Origin: an uncultured Chloroflexia bacterium
GTDB taxonomy: Bacteria; Chloroflexota; Anaerolineae; B4-G1; SLSP01
Reading direction: 5' to 3'
DNA: 64,000 nucleotides
Assembly: GCA_963751345.1 (NCBI GenBank)
Contig: CAVVUS010000044.1
Location: 1-64,000 of the forward strand
This document shows, in pieces, positions 1 through 9,301 of the stretch. Each line of letters starts with the position of its first letter. Position 1 is the stretch's first letter. The notes under the pieces are model-generated. The model was not told the origin of the DNA. It made no database searches and was given only the letters and a program-made list of their open reading frames with translations. Position numbers and translations under genes: made by a program.

Positions 1-437
1 GGGCAGTAGGGGCACGTCGGGGAGACCATCGCTTGCATATGCACGGGCCGGTCGACGCGCGCAAGCTGCGCGAGGATGCTCTCGGGCAATCCGTGCCGGC
101 GCTTGCCGACGTCGACGATGGCCTCGATGAGGCTCATGAACTCGTAGCCTGCGGGCACGCCGTAGAAGCGGATGCCGTAGTCCTTCTCGCCAATCGGGAT
201 GATCGCCGGGATCTTGTCGATCTGGTAGGTCTGGACTTGTGCGGCGTCGCCGACGAAGTCGTAGACCTCGGCCGTGATCCTGTCGTTCAGCTCGGCGAGC
301 TCCTCCACCAACTCCCGCGTCATGCGGCAGTAGTCGCACTCGAACGCCTGGGTGAACACCACCAGGCGTACCGGATGATCAATTGCGGCCAAAATCGAAC
401 GGACCTTCTCTCGATCCTCAGCCTTCAAGACTGCCAT
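1..437 (-). CDS. Protein-disulfide oxidoreductase (two thioredoxin folds, PDO/GlrX-like), 3' end runs off the window
   Basis: Hand translation from ATG at 437: MAVLKAEDREKVRS...FTQAFECDYC...DKIPAI...GIRFYGVPAGYEFMSL...MVSPTCPYC. Two CxxC motifs. AAGGAGGA RBS lies in the end of the upstream gene. Absent from the ORF track because it is truncated. Confidence 0.9.
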   Translation of the reverse strand, partial: MAVLKAEDREKVRSILAAIDHPVRLVVFTQAFECDYCRMTRELVEELAELNDRITAEVYDFVGDAAQVQTYQIDKIPAIIPIGEKDYGIRFYGVPAGYEFMSLIEAIVDVGKRRHGLPESILAQLARVDRPVHMQAMVSPTCPYC

Positions 438-438
438 C

Positions 439-2604
439 TCATCCTCCTTGCGTCACGATCTCAATCCACACACTGCCCTGCAGGTCGCTGCAGTCGACGG
501 TATAGACGCCGTCCGCTGCGTCCGCCTGCACGATCTCGCCGTTGACCCGCACCTCGGTTGGGGCGGCCTCCGCCGTCCAAGCGAAGCGTCCCCCGTCGAG
601 CAGCACGATGGTCGTCGTCTCCCCCGCGGTGAGCCAATCCGCGATAGTCGCTGCGGCGACGTACTTGTCCACCAGGCCGATGGGCGTGATGGTGTCCCTT
701 TCCGGGATGATGGCGTAGAGGGCCGACGCGTTCGGCGGGAGTGACACCGGCAGCTCGTCGTCTCGCCCAACGATCCGCGCGGCTCCGCTGAAGTGCTCGT
801 AGATGACGAAGCGCTCGCCAAGCAGATCGGGAACATCACTCGGGCGGATGGCGCCGGACACGGTTTCGCCCTCCAGGCTGATGTTGACCGCCGCGACGAT
901 GCCAGTGTCCCCGACCTTCGACCACGTCTTGAGCGGGATGGGATCGTGGCTTGGATCCCGCAGCAGACAGTCCTCGGTGATCATCGCGGGGCGGTCGCAG
1001 CGCAGGAGCCGCCCATCCGACAGGATGAGTGGCCAAAGCTGCGCGGGATCGGTGGCACCGACGCGGTCGCTGACGTAGACCGGCCCACCGCTGATGGCCC
1101 GCAAGACGGCGTGGGTCGCTGCGTGGGCGTGCCGGGTCCACCACATATCCCAATCCAGCCACATGAAGGGCGCGTGGTAGTATGCGTTGTAGGCATTCTG
1201 CAGCGCGTGCTCGACGAAGCTGTCCTGCTCCTTGGGGAAGAAGTCGTCGCTATTGCGGTTCACAGCGGAGGCCGACCGGTGCCAGATGTTCTCGGTGGCC
1301 ATCCCCATACAGTTGATCATTGTGTTTCCGAAGTTCTTGCCGACCGAGGCCTCGAGGGCATCGTGGGCGGCTACGGCGGCCGTGCCGATGGCCAACTCCT
1401 GCTGCCAGAATGCGGGCAGGCCGCTCTGGCAGTCGACTTTGACGAAGTCCACGCCGGCGTTTCTGAGTTGCGTGTGCCACGCGTCCCAGAAGGCGAAGGC
1501 CTTGGCCGGATCAGCGACCGGCACGATCTTGCCGGTGCGCGTGGTGTGGAGGGCGGTGGCCAAATCGCGCGCCAGGTCACTTCCGGGATGGATGCCCTGC
1601 CAATAGCCGCAGAGGGTGTGCCACACACCCAGCCACGCGACGCCGGTATCGTCGGGTGAGGCCGCTCCCTTGAGGGCATCGATAAACGGGGCGAACCCCT
1701 CCGGGAACTTATCCGCATCCGGTTCGAATGCCGTGAGCGCCGTGTCGACGTGCCGCATCCAGCCGTCATCGACGATCATCCAGCGCACGGGCACTTCTTG
1801 GTCGCGGAATTCCTGTGCCTTGGCGAGGATGCCCTCCGCCGAAACCTGGCGGTAGAACGCATCCCAACTGCACCAGCCGAGGTACTCGAAGGGCTCGGGG
1901 TAGCGCTTGTGCCAACGGAGTTGGTAGGGCGTGCCCAGGGCAAGCATCCCGGCGGTCGCATTGCGCTCGGGCAGATCGAAGGGCGATGCTCCGCTGGAGA
2001 TGGCGAACATCACGGTCTCAAGGTTCCAGTAGCCGGGGGCATAGGCCGCGGTCAGGATGGCAATGCCCTCATCGGTGCCCGACATCTCCGTCTTGAGCAC
2101 GTCGTCTGCCACAGCCAGCAAGTGATGGTAGAGCCCGGCGGTCCGCCATACGACCGATTGCGTGCGCGGCGGGAGTGCACGGATGTCGGCGCCGAAGTGG
2201 GGGCGGGTCCACCAGTCCTTGTGCAGGTAGTTGGCCATCAGCCCCGCGACGTCGCCCATGCCCTGAACGTCCAGCCGCAGACCGCCAAAGGCTGCCAGCC
2301 CCTTGGCTCGCGAGCCGATCCCGCCTCCCTTCAGCGACGAGAACCCGGCCGAAACGACCATCGTCTCGGCATAGGCCTTGAAGCTGAGCGTGAGCTCTAA
2401 CGTCTCGCCGGCGTCGCGGTAGGTCAGCCGGTACAGGACGAAAGTGCCCAGTGGGTCGCTGCCTTCCTCGCTGCTGCGGTCCACCAGATCGGGCCGGATG
2501 ACCGATCCGTCGTCGAGCGTCAAGACCGGGGCAAGGCCTGACAGCACCGTCTCGTCCTGGAACGTCACGTGCACTTTCTGTGATTCGATCTCAACATCGT
2601 ACAT
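439..2604 (-). CDS. Sip1/raffinose synthase family alpha-galactosidase (GH36)
   Basis: 721 aa with motifs GWCSWDAFY, IVDDGW, GVWHTLCGYW, FVKVDCQ, RNSDDF, RAISGGPVYVSD. GAGGAGG RBS. Confidence 0.9.
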   Translation of the reverse strand: MYDVEIESQKVHVTFQDETVLSGLAPVLTLDDGSVIRPDLVDRSSEEGSDPLGTFVLYRLTYRDAGETLELTLSFKAYAETMVVSAGFSSLKGGGIGSRAKGLAAFGGLRLDVQGMGDVAGLMANYLHKDWWTRPHFGADIRALPPRTQSVVWRTAGLYHHLLAVADDVLKTEMSGTDEGIAILTAAYAPGYWNLETVMFAISSGASPFDLPERNATAGMLALGTPYQLRWHKRYPEPFEYLGWCSWDAFYRQVSAEGILAKAQEFRDQEVPVRWMIVDDGWMRHVDTALTAFEPDADKFPEGFAPFIDALKGAASPDDTGVAWLGVWHTLCGYWQGIHPGSDLARDLATALHTTRTGKIVPVADPAKAFAFWDAWHTQLRNAGVDFVKVDCQSGLPAFWQQELAIGTAAVAAHDALEASVGKNFGNTMINCMGMATENIWHRSASAVNRNSDDFFPKEQDSFVEHALQNAYNAYYHAPFMWLDWDMWWTRHAHAATHAVLRAISGGPVYVSDRVGATDPAQLWPLILSDGRLLRCDRPAMITEDCLLRDPSHDPIPLKTWSKVGDTGIVAAVNISLEGETVSGAIRPSDVPDLLGERFVIYEHFSGAARIVGRDDELPVSLPPNASALYAIIPERDTITPIGLVDKYVAAATIADWLTAGETTTIVLLDGGRFAWTAEAAPTEVRVNGEIVQADAADGVYTVDCSDLQGSVWIEIVTQGG

Positions 2605-2624
2605 GGCTACCTCCTCGGTGTGTG

Positions 2625-4488
2625 CTAATCAACGACAAGCGCCGAGATCCGGATGGTGCGATCCGGCACCTCTTCGCCGTTGCCTAATGTGATGGGCAGT
2701 CTCTGTTCTCCGGGCCAGGTATACATACCCGCCTGGATCGTGTAGGTGCCGGGACCGAGGCCGTCCGGGAGAAAGAGCTCCGTCGGCACCGTCACCCCGG
2801 GTTCCCACGCGCTCGTCGGCAGGATGCCGTCCAGCGGCGGGCCATCCAGCTGCGCGACGACCGTGCCACTCGCATCCAGCAGGTGGATGAAAAGGTGGTC
2901 GTCACCCTTTACCGGCGCCACAGCATCCCAGAAGAGCGTGATCTGGACCGGCCTGCCCTCGCCAACGGGTGGCGTGGGCAGGATCGTGTACCCGATCAGC
3001 CGGATCACATCGCCGAGCTGCGCCTCCAGTGGGGCATCCACGGGTGGCGGTGGCGTCAGGTGGTAGACCTCCAACTGCTCGTCGATAGGGAGATCGTCCC
3101 CGTGCATCTCAACCCAGTTGCCGAGGGGCTGAAGCCGAGAGAGCCGCCCGTAGGCCAATACCAGATGGCTTGGATTGTACTTCAGAATCGCGTTCACCAC
3201 GTCCGCGGCCGTGAGGTAGCCCGTGGAGATGCGTTTGGCCGACGTGTCGACCATCGACGGGGGCACGGGCCGCCCCGCCATGAAAGCTACAAGTTGGTTG
3301 TCGACGATGACGAACCTTCCGGGATCTGCCGAGTGCTTCAGGAAATCCAGGAGCGTCAGGTCTGTCTGAGGCCACGCTTCCCACGTTATCGGTGCAACGA
3401 TCGACCCAAGCGCGACGACCATCCCCGACCGCGACGACGCCACCCCTGTTGATGACAGTGCGCCACACCGGATAGCGGCGACCAGCGATGTCCGCAGCCG
3501 ACGCAACGCCACCGCCGATCAGCAAGCTCAGCGGCGGGAGGAGCAGCAGGAGATAGTGGCCCCACAACGGCTCCAATCGCAGCATGTAGCCCAGGAGCAG
3601 CCCCAGCCATAGAAGGATGGCGACCAGGGCCGGCCTTTGCCGCCGGATGGACGCAAGCAGAAGCACGGCGACGCCGGCAGCCAGCGTCGCGAGTCCGTGT
3701 TGGGTCAGCAGGAACTCCCACAATCGCGCGCCGTTTGCCGCCGTCTTGGCTTGCAGTCCTGGCCCTAACGGGGCTACATTGTAGTGATAGACCCAGGTGA
3801 CGAACGCGCCCGAGGCAACGGGGACGAGCCATGCGGCGGTCACCGCGGCTGCGCTAACGCTGAAGGCAAGCGCCGGACGGACGCCCTGCCTCAGGGCGGC
3901 TTGGACCGACGTCCTGGGCCATAGCAACAGTACCAGCGCCGGCACGATGCCGAAGATCATCAGCGGGTGAATACCTACGGCACAGCCGTAGGCGGCGCCG
4001 CTCGCGGCGGCGAATGCCGCCCGTCTGTGCCGGCGGTAACGTACTGCGGCCCAGAGCGATAGTGTCAGCAGCGCGAGTGCGGGCAGGTCCTGGGTCACGC
4101 ACGCCATCCGCATCAGGAACGTGGGGAAGAACCAGAGGGCGGTCATCGTGGCGACACCGGCAAGACGGCCGAAGGCCGCCCTCGCGAAGGCCCCCAGGGC
4201 GGCATAGCCGAGCGTGGTGACCAGCAGCACGGCATAACGGGCTGCATACAGCGAAGTGCCGGCAAAGCGCAGGGCGGCCTGCAGCCACCAGATGAGGAGG
4301 GGTGGTTTGTTCAACACGATCTGGGAGTAGAGCGCATAACCCTGATTGGCCAGATAGCTTGCCTGGAGTGCGGGCCCCTCGTCGTACTCGGCCAAATACG
4401 CGGTGAGATGCGCAGCGACCACACCAAAGACCAGCACCAGCAGCGCCAGCTTGGTCAGGCGGAACCCCCATTGTGTTTTCGTCCTCAC
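2625..4488 (-). CDS. ArnT/PMT-like (GT-C) membrane glycosyltransferase with Chloroflexota-type C-terminal domain; one frameshift near 3425
   Basis: Joins ORF 3109..4659 (YDEG, NKPPL, many TM helices) and ORF 2625..3512 (IRLIGY, LFW, FIHLLD..G..VAQLDGPP, GMYTW). Likely start is GTG at 4488. Confidence 0.75.
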
Positions 4489-4529
4489 ACCCCGAATCAT
4501 ATCGTAAACGCGACGAAGCGCACTCGGGG

Positions 4530-4564
4530 AACCTTGCGAAGGTTTCCGAAACCTTCGCAAGGTT
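4530..4564. repeat. Perfect 17-bp inverted repeat (REP-like palindrome)
   Basis: AACCTTGCGAAGGTTTC-C-GAAACCTTCGCAAGGTT. Confidence 0.8.
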
Positions 4565-4571
4565 GGGCGCG

Positions 4572-4612
4572 AACGCCCTCTGAGGCGCAACGCCCTCTGA
4601 GGCGCAACGCCT
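4572..4612. repeat. 17-bp tandem repeat, about 2.4 copies
   Basis: AACGCCCTCTGAGGCGC x2 followed by AACGCC. Confidence 0.85.
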
Positions 4613-4640
4613 TTGACATCGTTGCGCCCTGTGCTACACT
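4613..4640 (+). promoter_or_regulatory. Sigma70-type promoter
   Basis: TTGACA (4613-4618), 16-bp spacer, TGn-TACACT (extended -10) upstream of the 4756 gene. Confidence 0.65.
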
Positions 4641-4755
4641 TGATCTGGTGCAGTTTCACTTGAACGATGACTGCCTTCCGATGGGCGCGATGGCGGATTG
4701 CGTGCGTGGGTGGTCGTCGAGAGCTGATATAGCAGCGTCAGTTAGGGAGGGATCC

Positions 4756-5127
4756 ATGGACAAGAAGTTCAGAGTACTGCGGATTATCGGCACGATCTAC
4801 AAGATCCTGGGCATCATCGCGGCAGTTCTTACGGTGATCGGTTCCCTGGGCATCTGCCTTACATCGGTCCTGGGCGGCACGATGATGAACCAGGTCCAGC
4901 GTCAGCTTGGGGGGGCATACGGAGCCTACGGCTTCATGAACGGCCCCGTCGCAGGTGTGATTGCTGCGGTTGTTATCCTTCTCTACGGGGCGATTATGAC
5001 GTTCATGCTCTACGGGCTGGGGGAGGGCATCTACCTGCTGTTGGCGCTGGAGGAAAACACGCGCGCCACGGCGGCGTATCTTCAGCAGTATAGCACGGAC
5101 GTGGCTCCACCCACCGACGGGGCGTAG
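4756..5127 (+). CDS. Small two-TM membrane protein (123 aa)
   Basis: GGGAGG RBS. MDKKFRVLRIIGTIYKILG...GEGIYLLLALEENTR; two hydrophobic helices. Confidence 0.8.
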   Translation: MDKKFRVLRIIGTIYKILGIIAAVLTVIGSLGICLTSVLGGTMMNQVQRQLGGAYGAYGFMNGPVAGVIAAVVILLYGAIMTFMLYGLGEGIYLLLALEENTRATAAYLQQYSTDVAPPTDGA

Positions 5128-5139
5128 CCCACAATATAT

Positions 5140-5170
5140 CTCGCGGCGCCCGAGAATCGGGCGCCGCGAG
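5140..5170. terminator. Hairpin between convergent genes
   Basis: 14-bp stem CTCGCGGCGCCCGA-GAA-TCGGGCGCCGCGAG. Confidence 0.7.
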
Positions 5171-5190
5171 TTCTTATCTGACAGCCCTGC

Positions 5191-6477
5191 TCACTCTCGG
5201 CGGATCACGTCGATGCCGCCCATATAGGGGCGCAGTGCCTCCGGCACGACTACGGAGCCGTCCGGCTGTTGATAGTGCTCCAGGATCGCGATCATAATCC
5301 GCGGCAGGGCCAGCCCGCTGCCGTTGAGCGTATGAACAAACTCGGGTTTCGCCCCAGGTTCAGGCCGGAAGCGCACGTTCGCCCGACGCGCCTGGAAGTC
5401 GGTGCAGTTGCTGCAGGAGCTGACTTCCAGCCAGGCATCCTGGCCGGGTGCCCAGACCTCGAGGTCGAAGCCCTTTGCAGCGGCGAAGGAGATATCGCCG
5501 GTGCAGAGCTCCAGCACGCGATAGGGCAGCTCGAGCCTGCGGAGCAGGTCCTCTCCGAGTGCCACCATCGAGGTCAGCTCGTCATCGCTCGTCTCGGGAT
5601 GGACGAACTTGTACATTTCCACCTTGTCGAACTGGTGCCCCCGTTTGATGCCTCGCACGTCACGGCCCGCGCTCATCTTCTCACGGCGGAAGCAGGGCGT
5701 GTAGGCGACGTAGCGAAGGGGCAGTTGCTCTGCCTCGAGAATCTCGTCACGGTGCAGGTTGGTGATGGCGACCTCGGCGGTCGGCAGGAGCCATAGGTCA
5801 TCTTCGACGTCGTGGTAGAGGTTGTCCTCGAACTTCGGCAACTGTCCCGCACCCACAAGCATCTCGCGTTTGACTACAAACGGCAGGTAGAACTCCGTGA
5901 AGCCGTTCTCCCTTGTGTGGACGTCAAGCATCCAGAAGATCAGCGCTCGCTGCAGCCGCGCCCCTGCGCCCTTGAGGACATAGAAGCGGCTGCCTGCCAG
6001 ACGCACGCCGCGCTCGAAGTCGAGGATGTCCAGTTCGGGGCCGAGATCCCAGTGCGCTACCGGCTGAAAGCCTTCCCTCTGAAAGTCGCGATGGTCACCC
6101 CAGCGGCGCACCTCGATGTTGCTGCTTTCATCCGGGCCTACCGGCGTGCTCTCATCCGGGATATTGGGAATCCACGCCATGTCCGTCTGCAGGCGTTCCT
6201 CGACGTCGCGGAGTTCCTCCTCCATACTGGAGAGCCGGTCCCCGACGTTGCGCATCTCCAGGATACGCGCGTCGCGCTCCTGCTTGTCTCGCATCCGGCC
6301 AATCTCTTTCGAGACCCGATTGCGCTCGGCCCGAAGAGATTCCACCGACTGCAGCAGGTCTCGCCATTGGGTGTCCAGGGCGACAACGCGATCCACAATC
6401 GCAGGATCGTCATTGCGTTTGCGTAAGGCCTCACGGACGAGCTCCGGGTTGTCGCGAATGAGTTGAATATCGAGCAT
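5191..6477 (-). CDS. serS: Serine--tRNA ligase
   Basis: MLDIQLIRDNPE start, coiled coil, PNIPDE, LLPTAEV, FRREKMSAGRDVRG, HQFDKVE, EVSSCSNCTDFQARR, HTLNGSGLA. Confidence 0.98.
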   Translation of the reverse strand: MLDIQLIRDNPELVREALRKRNDDPAIVDRVVALDTQWRDLLQSVESLRAERNRVSKEIGRMRDKQERDARILEMRNVGDRLSSMEEELRDVEERLQTDMAWIPNIPDESTPVGPDESSNIEVRRWGDHRDFQREGFQPVAHWDLGPELDILDFERGVRLAGSRFYVLKGAGARLQRALIFWMLDVHTRENGFTEFYLPFVVKREMLVGAGQLPKFEDNLYHDVEDDLWLLPTAEVAITNLHRDEILEAEQLPLRYVAYTPCFRREKMSAGRDVRGIKRGHQFDKVEMYKFVHPETSDDELTSMVALGEDLLRRLELPYRVLELCTGDISFAAAKGFDLEVWAPGQDAWLEVSSCSNCTDFQARRANVRFRPEPGAKPEFVHTLNGSGLALPRIMIAILEHYQQPDGSVVVPEALRPYMGGIDVIRRE

Positions 6478-6769
6478 AGCTTTTCTCCCGAAATGTGAAC
6501 ACTGTGAACCGATCATCCCTTCGTTCTGAAAGGGTGAACGACGCTGATTATCCCACCAACCATGTCTTTGTCCAGATTGGGCCTCGCGCACGATTCCCGA
6601 TGCATGGTAGAATCTGAACCGGCCGTCCAGGCCAGTTACCTGTGTCCGGTTGCCGGTTCCAGCAGACTGCTTTGAGCACATCCCATGCGCACGTCCAAGC
6701 GACAACTGACACCCGTGAACTGCCTTTGGATGGCACAGGAAAACATGAACAATGACAGGGAGGATTAGG

Positions 6770-7880
6770 ATGAGACGATGGCTATGGCTTCTGGCAGGTG
6801 CAGCGCTGTTCGTCGCGCTTTCGTGTTCGCTCTTCGGCGGTGGCAATCAGGCTGATGATGAGCCGGGTGTTGTCGCGACGATGCCTGCCGATGAGCAGGA
6901 AGGTGGCGAATGCGCCGGTGGCGACGATGTGCAGACGATGGGTGAGCGAGCCGCCGGCAGCACCGGAGGATGACGGCACGCTGTCTGTGGATAGCGATGC
7001 GATGAGCCAGCTAGACAGCTATCGCGCCGTGATGACGTGGCGAGTGGAGAAAGCCGACGGCAGCGTCGAGGAGCTCACCATCGCGCAGGCCGCGACGCGC
7101 GACCCCGCTGCACAGCAGTTCAGTATGACCTCGGTCGACGGCGAGGGCATGGAAGTGATCCAGATCGGCGACCAGATGTGGATGCGGTACGGCGACGAGT
7201 GGATGCAAACCAGCTCTGACGAGGCCTCCGGCGTGGAGGACACCTTCGGCGATTTCCTGACTACCGGTGATAGTTGGGTCTCCGATCTGGGCTCCGGTGA
7301 CTACCGGGACCTGGGTACAGAGACCGTCAATGGCGTGCAGACGCGCCATTACCAGGCGGACTACTCCAGCGCGTGGCTGGGACTGCTCGCGGGATCCGGC
7401 AGCGATGGCGAGATTACCGATGGCGTCGCCGACATATGGATTTCCGATCAGGCAGACTTGCCGAAGTTCGTCGTGAAGTACGTCGTGCAGATGGAGGGCA
7501 CGATCGACGGGGATCAGGCGACCGCGACGCTCAACGAGGAAGTCACGGATGTCAACGGCTCGATCACGATCGAGGCCCCAGAGGGCGTGGCGCAGGGCGG
7601 GCTGCCGGAAGGCGTTGATCTCTATCCGGGAGCGACGAGCCTGACGACCTTCGGGACGATGACGACGTTCAGCACGGCCGATGATGTCTCGACCGTCAAC
7701 GCGTTCTATCAGGATGCCCTGAGCGGCGCGGGATGGACGTCAAGTGAGGACGGGATGGAGATCGAGGGGATGGCCAGCAGCACATGGACCAAGGATAACC
7801 AGACCCTGACGCTGATGATCACGACCGGCGACGATGACACCGGCTCCGACGTGATGTTCTCCATCGAGGTAGCAGAGTAG
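6770..7880 (+). CDS. Acidic lipoprotein (LolA/LppX-like fold suspected); frameshift near 6900-6960
   Basis: MRRWLWLLAGAALFVALSC lipobox in ORF 6752..6973. The body continues in ORF 6798..7880 (IQIGDQMWMR, GTETVNGVQTRHY, DIWISD). Confidence 0.7.
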
Positions 7881-7928
7881 CGTCGCGGCCGACCCTGGTG
7901 GTTGCGACCCTATTCGGGAGCGTGCGTC

Positions 7929-8960
7929 GTGCTGAGCTCTGAGCACCTTCAGCAACTGGCGTCAGAGGCGGGGCTGGATCTGGTCGGCGCAATGCCGGTC
8001 GGGCCCAGCCCCGCCTGGCATGCCTATCAGGCGTGGGTGGCGCAGGGCTATGCCGGGGAGATGGCGTACCTGACCCGCCCGGAGGCGTTGCACCGCCGCC
8101 AGGATCCGCGAAACCTGATGCCGGAGGCGCGGAGCGTGATGGTCGTGGGAGCCTCCTATGCCGGCGCTCCTGCGCCTCCGCTACCGGCGCTCACCGGGCG
8201 GGTCTCACGCTACGCCTGGCGCGGCGACTACCACGACTGGGTGCTCGCGCGGCTGAAGCTTCTGGTGGAGTCTGTGGGCCGAGCCCTGTCGCGGCCACTG
8301 GCATCGCGGTGCTACGTCGACACCGGGCCGATCCTCGAACGGGCGTGGGCGACCGCCGCCGGGTTGGGGTGGTTGGGGAAGAACACGAGCCTCATTTCCC
8401 CCCGAATGGGTTCCTTTCTCTTTCTCGGCGTGGCACTGCTCGACGTGGACTTACCCTGCGCGCCTGTGCCCGAGCGGGCGCTGCCGAGTTGTGGAAGTTG
8501 CACGCGCTGCCTCGACGCTTGCCCAACCGGAGCGCTCGTGCGACCGGGCGTTCTGGATGCGCGCCGCTGCCTTTCGTATCTGACGATCGAGCATCGGGGG
8601 GCCATCCCCGAGGCGCTGCGCGCCTCCCTAGGCGACAGGGTCTTCGGCTGCGACACGTGCCAGGACGTCTGCCCCTGGAATGGGCGTCCCCTGGCAGCGC
8701 ATCAGGGCGAGGCTGCGCCGGCGGTCGCGTCGCTTGGATTGCCCGACCTGCTGACCCTCGATGCGACGGCCTTCCGGGCACGATTCCGCGCTCTGCCCAT
8801 CTGGCGTGCGACGCCCGTGGGCCTCGCACGGAACGCCGCGGTGGTACTGGGCAACCTGGGCGATCCTGCAGCGCGTCCCTATCTCGTTGAGGCTGCCGCT
8901 CATCATCCTGACGGCATGGTGCGTGACCACGCCCGGTGGGCATTGGAGCGACTGCCGTAG
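7929..8960 (+). CDS. queG: tRNA epoxyqueuosine(34) reductase
   Basis: GRVSRYAW, YVDTGPILERAWA, GWLGKN, CGSCTRCLDACPT, CLSYLTIE, FGCDTCQDVCPWN, C-terminal HEAT repeat. Confidence 0.96.
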   Translation: MLSSEHLQQLASEAGLDLVGAMPVGPSPAWHAYQAWVAQGYAGEMAYLTRPEALHRRQDPRNLMPEARSVMVVGASYAGAPAPPLPALTGRVSRYAWRGDYHDWVLARLKLLVESVGRALSRPLASRCYVDTGPILERAWATAAGLGWLGKNTSLISPRMGSFLFLGVALLDVDLPCAPVPERALPSCGSCTRCLDACPTGALVRPGVLDARRCLSYLTIEHRGAIPEALRASLGDRVFGCDTCQDVCPWNGRPLAAHQGEAAPAVASLGLPDLLTLDATAFRARFRALPIWRATPVGLARNAAVVLGNLGDPAARPYLVEAAAHHPDGMVRDHARWALERLP

Positions 8961-9016
8961 GGTGGCGAACGAGCCGTCTGCCCCCGGAGCCGGCGCGAAG
9001 GGTCGGAGAGCTGCGA

Positions 9017-9245
9017 GTTCCGGGCGGATCTGTGATCCGCCCGCGACAAGGGGCCCCCACCGAAGGACAGCAGACACGTCGCACACCCACGCTCGTCGCG
9101 CCGCAAGCCACCATCACCCGTATCCGCCCGCGGATCGCAGATCCGCGGGGAACAAGCAGGTCCGCAGATGGCTGGGAAGGTCCATGTGGGCCTGTGATCC
9201 GCCCGGCGGGTGGCAGAGGCTGCGGATCACAGATCCGCGGGGAAC
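9017..9245. repeat. Cluster of REP-like palindromes (GTTC-tailed GCGGATC-N3-GATCCGC)
   Basis: Copies at 9017-9043 (forward), 9127-9153 (inverted), 9192-9204 (partial) and 9222-9245 (inverted), between convergent genes. Confidence 0.8.
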
Positions 9246-9301
9246 AGGCAGGTCCGAAGATGGCGGGGAGGCCCTGGCGGGCCTACGTTCCTGTCCGCGT
9301 C

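Noticed and set aside
1-437. Selenocysteine in the PDO CxxC motifs
   Set aside because: Both motifs (CDYC, CPYC) use TGC codons and there is no in-frame TGA.
6478-6769. T-box or attenuator upstream of serS
   Set aside because: No GGTGGNACC T-box core, no U-tailed terminator and no Ser-rich uORF were found; only a weak hairpin near 6514-6536.
9017-9245. CRISPR array (repeats begin GTTCC and end GGAAC)
   Set aside because: Units are in opposite orientations with irregular spacing and no cas genes are present; this fits REP palindromes.
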